Source of the DNA: an uncultured delta proteobacterium
GTDB lineage: Bacteria > Myxococcota_A > Polyangia > Haliangiales > Haliangiaceae
Assembly: GCA_963848295.1 (NCBI GenBank)
Contig: CAWKDB010000010.1
Coordinates: forward strand, 576,001 to 640,000
DNA length: 64,000 nt
Direction of reading: 5' to 3'
Shown here: positions 39,734 through 50,680 of the stretch, one piece after another
Layout of the letters: every line of letters begins with the position of its first letter
Numbering within the stretch: position 1 is the first letter of the stretch
Translations under genes and position numbers: made by a program
Notes under the pieces: model-generated
What the model was told of the DNA's origin: nothing
The model's database searches: none
What the model saw: only the letters and a program-made list of their open reading frames with translations

Positions 39734-42355
39734 GTGGCGGCGCCGACGTTCGACGACATCTTGGGCGTGATGGCGACGGCTTCTCGCGGGCGCGTCGATG
39801 CTCGCGTGTCCCTGCCAGAACCGCCCGAAGTCGACGATCTCCCGACTCGGGTCGGAGTTGCCCTCAACGTGTTGCTCGATGATCTCTCGGCTCGCGCGCG
39901 AGCCGCGGAACAGCTCGCCGCGCGCCTGCGGATCCTGGCCGAAGCGGCGCGCGACTTCTCCGCCGCTACGCAGGACGCCGAGCGGCTGCTCGACGCGATC
40001 GCCAGCCGGTTGACCGACGTCGTCGCAGAGCAATGTGTCGTCCTGCTGGTCTCGGAGGATGGACGCGAGCTCGTCTCCGCCGTCATCCGCGGGGTCGATG
40101 CCGACGCCGAGCGACGCGCGCGCGAGTTGTTCTCGGGTCCGTTTCCGCTAGATGGAGACTCGCTCGCCAGGCGCGTGCACGACCGCGGCGAATTGTTCGT
40201 CGCGGCCACGCTCGACAACGACGAGCTCCGATCGCACTCGCGACCCGATCGATACGCCACCGCCCGGGCCATCGGGCTGCACAGCCTCATGATGGTACCG
40301 CTCCGCTTCCATTCGCGTTCGCTCGGACAGCTCGTGCTGGCGCGCTATCGAGCCGAGAGCCCGGCGTTCGACGAACATGACGAGCACCTCGTCCGTGCCC
40401 TCGCCGACCATGCCGCGATCGCGATCGCGAACTCGCATTCGTACGCCGCCGAGCGCGCGGCACGCGAGGCCGCCGAGAACGCTCGGAGAGCGCGCCGCCA
40501 AGCGGAGGCTCGGTTCGCTCGACTCGCCGATTCGGGAACCATCGGCATCCTGGTCGCGGACGGACACGGACGCATCCTCGAAGTCAACGACGCCGTGCTC
40601 GAGCTCGTCGGTTACACCCGGGACGAGGTGTTGTCGGGGCGCGTCCCATGGGCCGCGCTCACCGCGCCGGGTTGGAGCGCCGTCGATACGCGAGCGAGCG
40701 AGCAACTCGCGAGCTCCGGCATCGCCGGGCTGCGCGAGAAGGAGTACCTCCACAAGAGCGGCCGGCGGGTCCCGGTCTTGATCGGATCGGCGTCGCTCGG
40801 CGGCGACGCGAACGAGTCGATCTCGTTCGTCCTCGATCTGACCGAGCGCAAGGCGGCGGCCGCGGCGATGGAGCGGCTGCGCGAGGAACGCGCCGCGGAC
40901 GCGAAGTTTCGCGGCCTGCTCGAAGCCGCGCCCGACGCGATGGTCATCGTCGGCGACACCGGCGCCATCGAGGTCGTCAACGGTCAGGTCGAAGCCCTGT
41001 TCGGATACCGCCGCGACGAGATCGTCGGGCAACAGATCGAGATCCTGATCCCGGAGCGCTTCCGGCAGGCGCATGTCGGCCGTCGCACCGGCTATCTGCA
41101 GCGTCCGAACACCCGCGTCATGGGCATCGACCTCGAGCTCTACGGCCGTCGCAAGGACGGAACCGAGTTTCCCATCGAAGTGAGCCTGAGCCCGCTCGAG
41201 ACCGAACATGGCCTGTTGATCTCGAGCGCGATTCGCGACGTCACCGAGCGCAAGAAGACGGAGCTGCAACGCTCCCGCCTCGCCGCGATCGTCGATGCCT
41301 CCGACGACGCGATCATCGGCAAGTCTCTCGACGGCACGATCACGAGCTGGAACGACGGAGCCCACCACCTGTTCGGCTACACCGCCGACGAGATCGTCGG
41401 CAAGTCGATCACCTTGCTGATTCCCGAAGGGCGCGAGGCCGAGGAGGTCGCGATCCTGCAGACGCTCGCGCGCGGTGAGGTCCGGCGCTTCGAGACGGTG
41501 AGGCGCCGAAAAGACGGTCGACATGTCGAGGTTTCGGTCACGTCGTCGCCGGTGCGTGACCCTGCCGGCCGCGTCGTCGGCGTCTCGAAGGTCGCCCGTG
41601 ACATCACGGAGCGCCGGCGCAGCGAGGGCGAGCTCGCGCGCGCGAAAGAGGCGGCCGAGGCGTCGAACCGCGAGCTGGAGGCGTTCAGCTATTCGGTTGC
41701 CCACGACCTACGGGCCCCGCTGCGCGGGATGAACGGGTTCGCGCAGCTGCTGCTCGATGACTATGGGACGAAGTTCGACGACGAGGGTCGCGACTGGCTG
41801 TCCGAGATCCTCAACAACGCGAAGAAGATGGGCTCGCTGATCGACGCGTTGTTATCGCTCTCGCGCGTGACGAGGAGCGGGATCCGCCGCGTCGCGGTCG
41901 ATCTCTCGAAGGTCGTGCGCGCTGCGGCAAATCAACTCTCGGCGACCGAGCCCGACCGCTCGGTCGAATGGGTCATCGAGGATCACTTGCGAGCGGACTT
42001 CGATCCGAACCTCGCGCGCGCCCTGATCGACAACCTCGTCGGCAACGCGTGGAAGTTCACATCGAAGCGCCGCGAAGCTCGGATCGAGTTCGGCGAAGCC
42101 ACGAACGATGGGGCCCGAGCGTTCTACGTCCGCGACAACGGCGCCGGGTTCGACATGGCCTACGCGGAGAAGCTGTTCGCGCCGTTTCAGAGACTTCACA
42201 CGACCCAGGAGTTCGACGGCACCGGCATCGGGCTCGCGACGGTACAGCGCATCGTCCGGCGACACGGCGGACGGATCTGGGCCGAGGGCACGGTCGATCG
42301 CGGAGCGACGTTCTGGTTTTCGGTTCCCGAAATGCAACCGGAGCGATACGAATGA
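39734..42355 (+). CDS. Cytoplasmic GAF + 3xPAS sensor histidine kinase
   Basis: GGGAGG SD before GTG 39734; three PAS domains; [39 protein letters not shown]. Confidence 0.92.
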   Translation: MAAPTFDDILGVMATASRGRVDARVSLPEPPEVDDLPTRVGVALNVLLDDLSARARAAEQLAARLRILAEAARDFSAATQDAERLLDAIASRLTDVVAEQCVVLLVSEDGRELVSAVIRGVDADAERRARELFSGPFPLDGDSLARRVHDRGELFVAATLDNDELRSHSRPDRYATARAIGLHSLMMVPLRFHSRSLGQLVLARYRAESPAFDEHDEHLVRALADHAAIAIANSHSYAAERAAREAAENARRARRQAEARFARLADSGTIGILVADGHGRILEVNDAVLELVGYTRDEVLSGRVPWAALTAPGWSAVDTRASEQLASSGIAGLREKEYLHKSGRRVPVLIGSASLGGDANESISFVLDLTERKAAAAAMERLREERAADAKFRGLLEAAPDAMVIVGDTGAIEVVNGQVEALFGYRRDEIVGQQIEILIPERFRQAHVGRRTGYLQRPNTRVMGIDLELYGRRKDGTEFPIEVSLSPLETEHGLLISSAIRDVTERKKTELQRSRLAAIVDASDDAIIGKSLDGTITSWNDGAHHLFGYTADEIVGKSITLLIPEGREAEEVAILQTLARGEVRRFETVRRRKDGRHVEVSVTSSPVRDPAGRVVGVSKVARDITERRRSEGELARAKEAAEASNRELEAFSYSVAHDLRAPLRGMNGFAQLLLDDYGTKFDDEGRDWLSEILNNAKKMGSLIDALLSLSRVTRSGIRRVAVDLSKVVRAAANQLSATEPDRSVEWVIEDHLRADFDPNLARALIDNLVGNAWKFTSKRREARIEFGEATNDGARAFYVRDNGAGFDMAYAEKLFAPFQRLHTTQEFDGTGIGLATVQRIVRRHGGRIWAEGTVDRGATFWFSVPEMQPERYE

Positions 42356-42798
42356 GCAAGACCATCCTCCTCGTCGAGGACAACCCGAGCGACGAGAAGT
42401 TAACGCTGCTCGCTTTCAAGAACTGCGGCGTCGCGAACGACGTCGTCGTCGAACGCGATGGGGCGGCGGCGCTCGACTACCTGTTCGCGACCGGCCCACA
42501 CAGCGGACGTGACACGACCGCGCTACCCACGGTCGTGCTCCTCGACCTCAACCTGCCGAAGATCGACGGCCTCGAGGTTCTTCGTCGCGTCCGGGCCGAC
42601 GAACGGACTCACCTGTTGCCGGTCGTCGTCCTCACGTCGTCGAAGGAGGACGAGGACATCGTCCGCAGCTTCACGCTGGGAGCGAACGCCTATGTTCGGA
42701 AGCCCGTGGACTTCACCGAGTTCGTCGCCGCAGCCAAGACCCTCGGCCTGTTCTGGCTGCTGTTGAACGAAGCACCCGCTGCGAAGCGACTGCCGTGA
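42352..42798 (+). CDS. Single-domain response regulator (Rcp1-like)
   Basis: [30 protein letters not shown]. Confidence 0.93.
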   Translation: MSKTILLVEDNPSDEKLTLLAFKNCGVANDVVVERDGAAALDYLFATGPHSGRDTTALPTVVLLDLNLPKIDGLEVLRRVRADERTHLLPVVVLTSSKEDEDIVRSFTLGANAYVRKPVDFTEFVAAAKTLGLFWLLLNEAPAAKRLP

Positions 42799-44729
42799 CC
42801 GCGCCGATCCGGATCTTGCTCGTCGAGGACTCGCCGACCGATGCCAAGCTGGTGGTCAACGAGCTGCGCCGCGCGGGCCACGTCATCGAGTTCGAGCGGG
42901 TCGACGACGAGGTTGCGATGCGTACGGCGCTCGCGACAAGGCCGTGGGACGCGATCATCTCCGACTGGTCGATGCCGCGGTTCAGCGGCCTCGGCGCGCT
43001 CGCGGTGTTGAAGGACAGCGGGCTCGATCTCCCGTTCGTCATCGTCTCGGGCACGGTCGGGGAGGAGGTCGCGGTGGAGGCGATGCGCGCCGGCGCGCAC
43101 GACTACGTGCTCAAAGACAAGCTCGCGCGACTGGCTGCCGTCATCGAGCGCGAGATCCGCGAGAGGATCGTGCGTGACGCGCATCGAGTCAGCGAGGCCG
43201 CGCGGCGCGCGAGCGAACATCGATTTTCACGGCTGTCGGAGTGCGGGATCATCGGGATCGTCATCGGCGATCTCTCCGGCAACATCATCTCGGCCAACGA
43301 CGCATTCCTTCAGCTCGTCGGGTACACGCGCGCGGAGCTCGAGCTAGGCCTGGTCCGCTGGACCGAGCTCACCGCGCCGGAGTGGCGAGCGGTGACCGAT
43401 CGCGGTGTCGAGGAGCTGCGCTCGGTCGGCGTCGCGACGCCCTACGAAAAAGAGTACTGCCGCAAAGACGGCACTCGCGTCCCGGTGCTCGTCGGGCTCG
43501 CGATCCTCGACGGCTCGCAGACGATCGGCTTCATGGTCGACCTGAGCGCCCAGAAGCGCGCCGAAGCGGCGCTCGGGAGGACCGAGGAACAACTCCGCCA
43601 GGCTCAAAAGATGGAAGCGGTCGGTCGGCTCGCCGGCGGGGTCGCCCATGACTTCAACAACGTGCTCACCGTGATCTTGAGCTACAGCGAGATGATCGCC
43701 GAGAGTCTGTCGCCCGGAGATCCGATGCGCGCCGATGCCGAAGAGATCGCGAAGGCGGGACATCGCGCCGCAGATCTCACGCGGCAACTGCTGATGTTCA
43801 GCCGGCAGGAGGTCGTCGAGGCGAAGATCCTCGATCTCAATGACGTCCTCGCGAAGATGGACAAGATGTTGCGCAGGATCCTCGGCGAGGATGTCGACCT
43901 CGCGTCGGTGCCGGCGCCGGCGCTCGGTCACGCGCGCGCCGATCCGACGCATGTCGAGCAGGTCATCATGAACCTCGTCGTCAACTCGCGGGACGCGATG
44001 CCGACCGGTGGCAAGCTCACGATCGAGACCGGCAACGTGTTCCTCGACGATGCACATGCGCGTGACCATCTCGGAGTGATTCCCGGTCCGTACATCATGC
44101 TCGCCGTGAGCGACACCGGCATCGGCATGGATCGAGCGACGCAGGCCCGGATCTTCGAGCCGTTCTACACGACGAAGGACAAGGGCAAAGGCACCGGGCT
44201 CGGCTTATCGACCGTGTTCGGGATCGTGCGGCAATGCGGTGGCAGTATCTGGGTCTATAGCGAGCCAGGACGCGGCACGACGTTCAAGGTGTACCTGCCC
44301 CGCGTCGATGACGATATCGATGTCGAAGCGCCGGCCGCGGAGCCACCGAACCTTTCGGGAACCGAGACCGTGTTGCTCGTCGAGGACGAGGATCAGATCC
44401 GCGCGGTCACTCGCGTGATCCTGCGCGACCTCGGCTATCAGGTGATCGAGGCGCGCAACGGCGGCGAGGCGCTGCTCCATTGCGAGAACCATCCGGGCAC
44501 GATCGACCTGCTTCTCACCGACGTCGTGATGCCGCAGATGAGTGGCCCGGAGCTCGCCAAGCGCTTGATGCGGACGCGCCCCGACATGAGGGTCCTCTGC
44601 ATGTCGGGATATACCGATGATGCGCTCGTGCGGCATGGCGCGGCCGACTCCGGAATGGCCTACCTGCAGAAGCCGATCACGCCCACCAAGTTGGCTCGCA
44701 AGGTTCGCGCGGTGCTGGATTCGCGCTGA
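42795..44729 (+). CDS. Hybrid REC-PAS-HisKA-HATPase-REC kinase (CckA-like)
   Basis: QAQKMEAVGRLAGGVAHDFNN, NLVVNSRDAM, GTGLGL; receiver domains at both ends. Confidence 0.93.
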   Translation: MTAPIRILLVEDSPTDAKLVVNELRRAGHVIEFERVDDEVAMRTALATRPWDAIISDWSMPRFSGLGALAVLKDSGLDLPFVIVSGTVGEEVAVEAMRAGAHDYVLKDKLARLAAVIEREIRERIVRDAHRVSEAARRASEHRFSRLSECGIIGIVIGDLSGNIISANDAFLQLVGYTRAELELGLVRWTELTAPEWRAVTDRGVEELRSVGVATPYEKEYCRKDGTRVPVLVGLAILDGSQTIGFMVDLSAQKRAEAALGRTEEQLRQAQKMEAVGRLAGGVAHDFNNVLTVILSYSEMIAESLSPGDPMRADAEEIAKAGHRAADLTRQLLMFSRQEVVEAKILDLNDVLAKMDKMLRRILGEDVDLASVPAPALGHARADPTHVEQVIMNLVVNSRDAMPTGGKLTIETGNVFLDDAHARDHLGVIPGPYIMLAVSDTGIGMDRATQARIFEPFYTTKDKGKGTGLGLSTVFGIVRQCGGSIWVYSEPGRGTTFKVYLPRVDDDIDVEAPAAEPPNLSGTETVLLVEDEDQIRAVTRVILRDLGYQVIEARNGGEALLHCENHPGTIDLLLTDVVMPQMSGPELAKRLMRTRPDMRVLCMSGYTDDALVRHGAADSGMAYLQKPITPTKLARKVRAVLDSR

Positions 44730-44777
44730 TCTTCCGAAACCCCGTCACGCGCGCCGCCCGGCCGCGTTGTAGTGGAC

Positions 44778-45143
44778 ATGCCGCCTTCTATCCGCGCTCG
44801 CCATCAGCTGTTGCCGATCCTCGTCGTCGTGGTCGTCGTCGGGTTCACGCTCGGGAGTGCGGCGGCGAGCCTGCTGCCGCCGCCCCATCGGCAGACGCTG
44901 GCCGAGTGGCGGCGCGACGAGATGGCGGCGATGGTCGTGCAGAGGCGCGAGCGCATCGTCGAGCTTCGGCTGTCCGGCGATCGCTGCGTCCCGGAGGTCG
45001 CGCGAGAGCTCGCGCGCCTGCTGGTCATGGATGCGCAATGGAACGCGGTCCGCGGCTACGCCGACGACTACCAGCTGCGCTGCGGCGCCGATCCGACCGT
45101 CGCCAAGTGGCGCGACGCCCCGCGACCTCGCTCGTCGCGCTAG
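44778..45143 (+). CDS. Hypothetical membrane-anchored protein
   Basis: N-terminal hydrophobic helix; two Cys; GC3-rich frame. Confidence 0.55.
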   Translation: MPPSIRARHQLLPILVVVVVVGFTLGSAAASLLPPPHRQTLAEWRRDEMAAMVVQRRERIVELRLSGDRCVPEVARELARLLVMDAQWNAVRGYADDYQLRCGADPTVAKWRDAPRPRSSR

Positions 45144-45220
45144 CCCGCGCTCGGCAGCGCGAAGCCGATCGTGAATCAGCGATCGCCGCAGCGGCTCGGT
45201 TCGTGGCAGGCTTATCGCGA

Positions 45221-46378
45221 ATGACCACCTTCGACGCGCTGATCCACGAGCTGCGCGCGCGCGCTCGCGAGATCACCGCGACCGAGCTCGCCGACGCCGG
45301 CGCGGTGACGGTCATCGACGTCCGAGAGGCGGACGAATACGCCCGAGGCGCGATCGCCGGCGCGGTGTGGATCGCGCGCGGCCTGCTCGAGTCGAACATC
45401 GAGCGCGCGGCTCCGGATCGCGCGACGCCCCTGGTCGTGTACTGCGCGAGCGGCAATCGCTCGGTGCTTGCCGCGCGGACGTTACAAGAGCTCGGCTACA
45501 GCGACGTGCGCTCGCTCGCCGGCGGCTTTGCCGCGTACCTACGCAGCGGCCTGCCGTGGCACACGCCGACCGCGCTCGGTCCCGCGCAAGCAGAGCGCTA
45601 CGCGCGACACCTCAGCCTGCCCGAGGTCGGCGTCGCCGGGCAGCACAAGCTCTTGGCGGCGCGCGTCGTGTCCGTCGGCGCTGGCGGACTCGGTTGCCCG
45701 GCCGCGCTGTATCTGGCCGCGGCCGGGGTCGGCACGCTCGGCCTGATCGATCACGACGTCGTCGACGCGTCAAACTTGATGAGGCAGATCCTGCACGCCA
45801 GCGATCGCGTCGGCGTCGCGAAGGTCGACAGCGCGCGCCAAGCGCTCGCGCAGATCAATCCCGAGGTCATCGTGCATGCGCACCGCACGCGGCTGACCTC
45901 CGCGAATGCGCTCGAGCTGCTCGCGCCTTACGACATCATCATCGACGGCAGCGATAACTTCCCGACGCGGTATCTCGTCAACGATGCGGCGCTCCGCCTC
46001 GCCAAGCCGGTCGTCCACGCATCGATCTATCGGTTCGAAGGACAGATCACGCAGTTCTCCGCGCACGGTCGCCCGTGCTACCGCTGCCTCTATCCGCGTC
46101 CGCCGCTGCCCGACGCGGGCGCGAGCTGCGCCGAGGCCGGAGTGCTCGGCGTCTTGCCGGGCGTCGTCGGCGTGTTACAGGCCACCGAGGCGATCAAGAT
46201 CATCCTCGGGCTCGGCGAGCAGCTCGCCGGACGCCTGATCCTGTACGACGCCCTCACCGCGCGGTTTCGCGAGCTCGCGATCGCGCGCGACCCGGCGTGC
46301 CCGAGCTGCGGCGACGGCGTGGACCGCGCCACGCTCGAGCTCGGCGGCTATGACGAATTCTGCGCGGCGCGCAGCTGA
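45221..46378 (+). CDS. moeB: Molybdopterin-synthase adenylyltransferase with N-terminal rhodanese (MoeB/MoeZ)
   Basis: IDVRE..EY, YCASGNRS; RYARHL, GAGGLG, SNLMRQ, DGSDNF, CYRC, CPSC. Confidence 0.92.
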   Translation: MTTFDALIHELRARAREITATELADAGAVTVIDVREADEYARGAIAGAVWIARGLLESNIERAAPDRATPLVVYCASGNRSVLAARTLQELGYSDVRSLAGGFAAYLRSGLPWHTPTALGPAQAERYARHLSLPEVGVAGQHKLLAARVVSVGAGGLGCPAALYLAAAGVGTLGLIDHDVVDASNLMRQILHASDRVGVAKVDSARQALAQINPEVIVHAHRTRLTSANALELLAPYDIIIDGSDNFPTRYLVNDAALRLAKPVVHASIYRFEGQITQFSAHGRPCYRCLYPRPPLPDAGASCAEAGVLGVLPGVVGVLQATEAIKIILGLGEQLAGRLILYDALTARFRELAIARDPACPSCGDGVDRATLELGGYDEFCAARS

Positions 46379-46414
46379 CATGCTCGCCCCGGATCGGGGT
46401 AGACATGGCGGCGG

Positions 46415-47314
46415 ATGTTGGCGATCGACCTCACGGGAAAGCACGCGCTGATCGCCGGCGTCGCCGACGAGCGCGGCCTCGGCTTCTCGATCGCGAAGGC
46501 GTTGGCCGAAGCGGGCGCCACCGTGTCGGTCGCGACCTGGCCGCCGCTGATCAAGATGTTCAAGATGCTGCTCGCCCGCGGCAAGCTCGATGACGCGCGC
46601 CGGCTGAGCAACGGCACGCTGCTCGACTTTGCCGCGATCTACCCGTTCGACGCGGACTACGATCGGCTCGAAGACGTGCCGGCCGAGGTCAAGGACCACC
46701 GGCGCTACAACGAGTGCGGCGACTTCACGATCGCGGGCGTCGCCGCCGCGGTCGCGGCGAGCGGCGGCGTCGACATCGTCGTCCACAGCCTCGCGAACGG
46801 CCCCGAGGTGCGAAAGCCGCTGCTCGAGACCTCGCGCTCCGGCTACCTCGCGGCGGTGTCGGCGTCGGCGTACTCGCACGTGTCGCTGGTTCGCCAGCTC
46901 GGGCCGGTGATGCGCCCGGGCGGGTCGTTCGTGACGCTGTCGTACGTCGCGTCGAACCGAGTCGTCGCCGGTTACGGCGGCGGGATGTCGACGGCAAAAG
47001 CTGCCCTCGAGTCGGATGCGCGCGTGCTCGCGTTCGAGGCCGGGCGGCGCTGGGGCCACCGGGTCAACGTGATCTCGCCCGGGCCCTACGCGTCGCGGGC
47101 GGCCGAGGCGATCGGGCCGATCGACCAGATGATCAAGTACACGAGCCTGGCGTCACCGCTGCCGCAGGCGATCACCGCGGACCAAGTCGGCGCGACCGCC
47201 GCGTTCTTGTCGAGCCCGCTCGCGAGCGGGATCACCGGCGCGATTGTTTACGTGGACAACGGTTTCTCCGCGATGGGAGTCCACGTCGATCACTCTGACG
47301 CGACCACGACGTGA
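46415..47314 (+). CDS. fabI: Enoyl-ACP reductase, plant/Chlamydia-like FabI subtype
   Basis: IDLTGK.A.IAGVAD..G.G, W.P, HSLANGPEV.KPLLETSR.GYL, YGGGMSTAKAALESD. Confidence 0.9.
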   Translation: MLAIDLTGKHALIAGVADERGLGFSIAKALAEAGATVSVATWPPLIKMFKMLLARGKLDDARRLSNGTLLDFAAIYPFDADYDRLEDVPAEVKDHRRYNECGDFTIAGVAAAVAASGGVDIVVHSLANGPEVRKPLLETSRSGYLAAVSASAYSHVSLVRQLGPVMRPGGSFVTLSYVASNRVVAGYGGGMSTAKAALESDARVLAFEAGRRWGHRVNVISPGPYASRAAEAIGPIDQMIKYTSLASPLPQAITADQVGATAAFLSSPLASGITGAIVYVDNGFSAMGVHVDHSDATTT

Positions 47315-47345
47315 CTCGGACAATGCGTTAGGCTTTGCCTCGCGC

Positions 47346-49649
47346 ATGCACCGAGTTGGCCGCACGCTCGTCGCGATCGCCGTCGGCTGCACGATCTCGA
47401 GCGCCATCGCGCGCGCGGATGACGCTCCGCCACCGACGCCGGCACCCGCGCCCGATGCGCCGGCCCCCGACGCCCCGGCGCCCGACGCCCCGACGCCCGA
47501 CGCCCCCGCGCCAGCCCCACAGCCGATCGACGTCGCCGGCCGGGTCATCGACGTCAAGGGCCACGCGATCAGCGGCGCGACCGTGTCGGTCGAAGGCACG
47601 TCGGTTCAGGCGACGACCGATCGCGACGGCAAGTTCGAGCTCAGTGCGCCGATCGACGCGACGCTCGACATCACGTCCGAGCACTACGCGGTCTCGCTCG
47701 CGACCGTCACCGGCCCGAAGCTCGACGACATCGTGCTGACGCCCGATCTCGCGAACGAACAGATCGAGATCAAGGGCGACCCACCGACGCCCGCGAACGG
47801 AGCGGCGCGACTCAGTCGCGAAGACATCCAGCGCCTGCCCGGCACCGGCGGCGACGTCGTACGCGCGCTGACCGCGATGCCCGGCGTCGTCAATCTGCAG
47901 ATTCCACTCGGCTACTCCGGCGTCGTGATCCGCGGCGCGTCGCCGCAAGACTCGAAGGTGATGGTCGACGACTTCGAGATTCCGGTGCTGTTTCACCCGC
48001 TCGGGTTCCGCGCGATCCTACCGGTCGAGTCGATCCAGTCGCTGACGTTCATCCCGGGCGGGTTCGACGTGTCGTACGGCCGATCGTCGTCGGGTGTCGT
48101 GCTGTTGACGACCCGGCCCGGCAGCGACACGCGCAGCGAGCAAGCGGAGGTGTCGCTCGTCGACGGCGGGTTCGTGCTGCAAGGGCCGATCGGCAAGAAG
48201 ACACGCTACATGATCGCGCTGCGTCGCTCGGTCATCGACCTCGTGCTGCCGCTGTTCATTCCGTCGAGCGTCGATCTGTCGCTGACGACCGTGCCGCAAT
48301 ACTACGACGAGCAGTTCCGCATCGACCACGAGATCAACTCGAAGTGGAACCTCTCGCTGTCGAGTGTCGGCACGATCGACGAATTACAGCTCTACACGAC
48401 GAAAGACACCGACGCGGGCTCGAAGCGGTTCTACAGCGAGACCGAGTTCATGCGGCTCACCGCCGCGGCGAAATATCACGACGGCGACTGGCAAGCGTCG
48501 CTCGCGCTGTCCAGCATGCTGACCGATCTGACGGCCGAGGTCGGGCTGTATCAGAGCCTGCACGTCAAGACGCCGCTCACCACGGCGCGCACCACCGCGA
48601 CCCGGTCGTCGGCCAACTTGATCGGCCTCAAGGATGTCGTGTGGACCTCGGGTGCCGAAGCGCAGATCGGCTACTCCGACATCGCGCTCGCGTTGCCGAT
48701 CGAGCAGCAGGAAGGCCAACCGCCGCCGCCGTACGATCCGAAAGACACGTCGTCGAAGTTCACCGGCTCGGTGTGGTTCCCCGACTACGCGGCGTGGACG
48801 TCGCTGTCCGCCTCGTTCGATCCGCACATTCGAATCACGACCGGCGTGCGCGCCGACTACTTCGGGCGCGGCGGCGAGCTCAGGGTTCAGCCGCGCAGCG
48901 ACATCCAGCTCAAGCTCTCGCCGCAGCTGACCGCGCGGTTCAGCGCCGGCATGTACTGCCGGCCGCCCGAGTATCAGACCGAATTCTTGTATGCGAATTT
49001 GCAGGCCGAGCGCTCGAACCAGCTCACGACCGGGCTCGAATACACGCCGTTCCTCGGCCTGCGCTTGCAGGGCACGCTGTACTTCACTGATCGCAGCAAG
49101 TTGATCACCGCGAATCCCGACGGCACGCTCGGCAACGATGGCCAAGGCACGAGCAAGGGCGCCGAGCTGCTCGCGATCTTTCACGGCGGACCGTGGTTCG
49201 GCTGGCTCGGCTACTCGTACTCGCACTCCGAGCGCGTCGATCAACCCGGCGATGCGCCGCGCCTGTTCGATTACGATCAACCGCACAGCCTCAACGTCGC
49301 GGCGAGTTGGAAGCGCGGCCACTGGACGCTCGGCGCGCGATTCCAGCTGTACTCCGGCCTGCCTTACACGCCGGTGATCGGCTCGCACTTCGACAGCGAT
49401 CGCAATCTCTACATTCCGATCTACGGCGCGGTGAACTCCGAGCGCGCGCCGATCCATCACGAGGTCGACATCCGGATCGACTACGCGTGGAAGTGGGGCC
49501 CGATGGCGCTGCTCGCGTTCATCGACGTGCAGAACGTCTATCTCAACCAGAGCATCGTCACCTACTTCTACAGCTACGACTATTCGCAGCGCACCGCGTT
49601 CGAGTCGCTGCCGCTGATCCCGTCGATCGGCTTGCGAGGCACGCTGTGA
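47346..49649 (+). CDS. TonB-dependent receptor (myxobacterial type)
   Basis: Signal peptide, carboxypeptidase-like domain, plug (PGTGGDVVRAL..PGV, IRG, PGGF..YGR), barrel ending LPLIPSIGLRGTL. Confidence 0.9.
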   Translation: MHRVGRTLVAIAVGCTISSAIARADDAPPPTPAPAPDAPAPDAPAPDAPTPDAPAPAPQPIDVAGRVIDVKGHAISGATVSVEGTSVQATTDRDGKFELSAPIDATLDITSEHYAVSLATVTGPKLDDIVLTPDLANEQIEIKGDPPTPANGAARLSREDIQRLPGTGGDVVRALTAMPGVVNLQIPLGYSGVVIRGASPQDSKVMVDDFEIPVLFHPLGFRAILPVESIQSLTFIPGGFDVSYGRSSSGVVLLTTRPGSDTRSEQAEVSLVDGGFVLQGPIGKKTRYMIALRRSVIDLVLPLFIPSSVDLSLTTVPQYYDEQFRIDHEINSKWNLSLSSVGTIDELQLYTTKDTDAGSKRFYSETEFMRLTAAAKYHDGDWQASLALSSMLTDLTAEVGLYQSLHVKTPLTTARTTATRSSANLIGLKDVVWTSGAEAQIGYSDIALALPIEQQEGQPPPPYDPKDTSSKFTGSVWFPDYAAWTSLSASFDPHIRITTGVRADYFGRGGELRVQPRSDIQLKLSPQLTARFSAGMYCRPPEYQTEFLYANLQAERSNQLTTGLEYTPFLGLRLQGTLYFTDRSKLITANPDGTLGNDGQGTSKGAELLAIFHGGPWFGWLGYSYSHSERVDQPGDAPRLFDYDQPHSLNVAASWKRGHWTLGARFQLYSGLPYTPVIGSHFDSDRNLYIPIYGAVNSERAPIHHEVDIRIDYAWKWGPMALLAFIDVQNVYLNQSIVTYFYSYDYSQRTAFESLPLIPSIGLRGTL
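47451..47510 (+). repeat. 15-bp tandem repeat x4 (PDAPA linker)
   Basis: cccgaYgcNccSRcS units, in frame within the TBDR N-terminus. Confidence 0.8.
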
Positions 49650-50335
49650 GCCGCGCGCTGCTGTTCGCCGCCGTGCTCGCCGGATGCAGCGGCGAGATCG
49701 ATCCGCAATGGCAGCTCGATCACGATCGGATCATCGCGGTGCGCGCGTCGCCGAACGGACTCGGCGCCGAGGGCGATACGTCGGTGCTCGATGTCCTGAT
49801 CGGCACCAAAGGCGCCGCGCCGACCGACGTCGATCCCGACATGGCCGTCGTGACGCAGCCGGTGAACCTGACCGGTGCGCTCAGCCGGTCCGGCACGCAG
49901 TGGACCGTCACCCAGCCGTCCGAGGCTGACCTTGCGATCGCGCGCCAGCTGCTCGGCCTCGATGTCACCGACCCCGTCCCGTTGGGCGTCGAGGTCACGA
50001 TGGCCGCGACCGGGTTCGTCGCCGATAAGACGGTCTGGCTCGACGAGCCGCTCGACAACCCGGTGCTCGGGCCGGTGATGGTCGATGGCGTCGATGCGAC
50101 GACCGAGACGATGCTGACCGTCGCGCCGGCGACGCGAATTCCACTCGCGGTCGACTTCGACGACAGCTACGACATCAACTGGCTCACCTCGTGCGGCACC
50201 ATGCACGACTTCGACCTCGCGACCGCATACTTGCGGGTCGAGACCGAGGATCCGCAGACCGGCACGTTCGGCGTGCTCGTCCGCGACGAGATGGGCGGCA
50301 CGGTCTGGCAGCTGTGGCCGATCGCGGCGCAATGA
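49646..50335 (+). CDS. Lipoprotein coupled to the TonB-dependent receptor
   Basis: GTG overlaps the TBDR stop; VLAG-C lipobox; RIIAVRA.P motif. Confidence 0.8.
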   Translation: MSRALLFAAVLAGCSGEIDPQWQLDHDRIIAVRASPNGLGAEGDTSVLDVLIGTKGAAPTDVDPDMAVVTQPVNLTGALSRSGTQWTVTQPSEADLAIARQLLGLDVTDPVPLGVEVTMAATGFVADKTVWLDEPLDNPVLGPVMVDGVDATTETMLTVAPATRIPLAVDFDDSYDINWLTSCGTMHDFDLATAYLRVETEDPQTGTFGVLVRDEMGGTVWQLWPIAAQ

Positions 50336-50373
50336 TCGTAAAGCACACGGCATCCCCTGCTATAAGGGCAGCC

Positions 50374-50646
50374 ATGTTCGAGATGAGCGACGCGGACTCG
50401 GCGGTGGCTCGAGCCCACATCAAACGCTTCCCAAACGGCTCCGTCTGTCCCATTTGCGGCGGGACGAATTGGAACGTCGGTGGACTAGACAGAGCTTTGG
50501 TCTACGACAATCGGGACGACCTGAGCAGCAAGAGCGCCGCCAACCGCTTCTACGTTGCCGTGCTCGTCATCTCCTGCACTGCTTGCTTTTTCGTGCGCCA
50601 GTTTCTGTGGGATGAAATAGCGAAGGCTGCGCCAGCAACGCCGTGA
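50374..50646 (+). CDS. Small zinc-ribbon protein
   Basis: CPICG...CTAC; 90 aa; visibly more AT-rich than neighbours. Confidence 0.6.
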   Translation: MFEMSDADSAVARAHIKRFPNGSVCPICGGTNWNVGGLDRALVYDNRDDLSSKSAANRFYVAVLVISCTACFFVRQFLWDEIAKAAPATP

Positions 50647-50680
50647 GCGCGACGATCGCTCGGTGGGATTCCGCCACGAG

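Noticed and set aside
44731..44756. tRNA-3'-like sequence (GAAACCCCGTCACGCGCGCC) as a second att site
   Set aside because: Does not match tRNA-Gly(GCC), and there is no partner copy in the window
47451..47510. Short repeats as CRISPR or a contingency locus
   Set aside because: In-frame 15-bp Pro/Ala linker repeats without spacers; no cas genes or CRISPR array seen anywhere in the window
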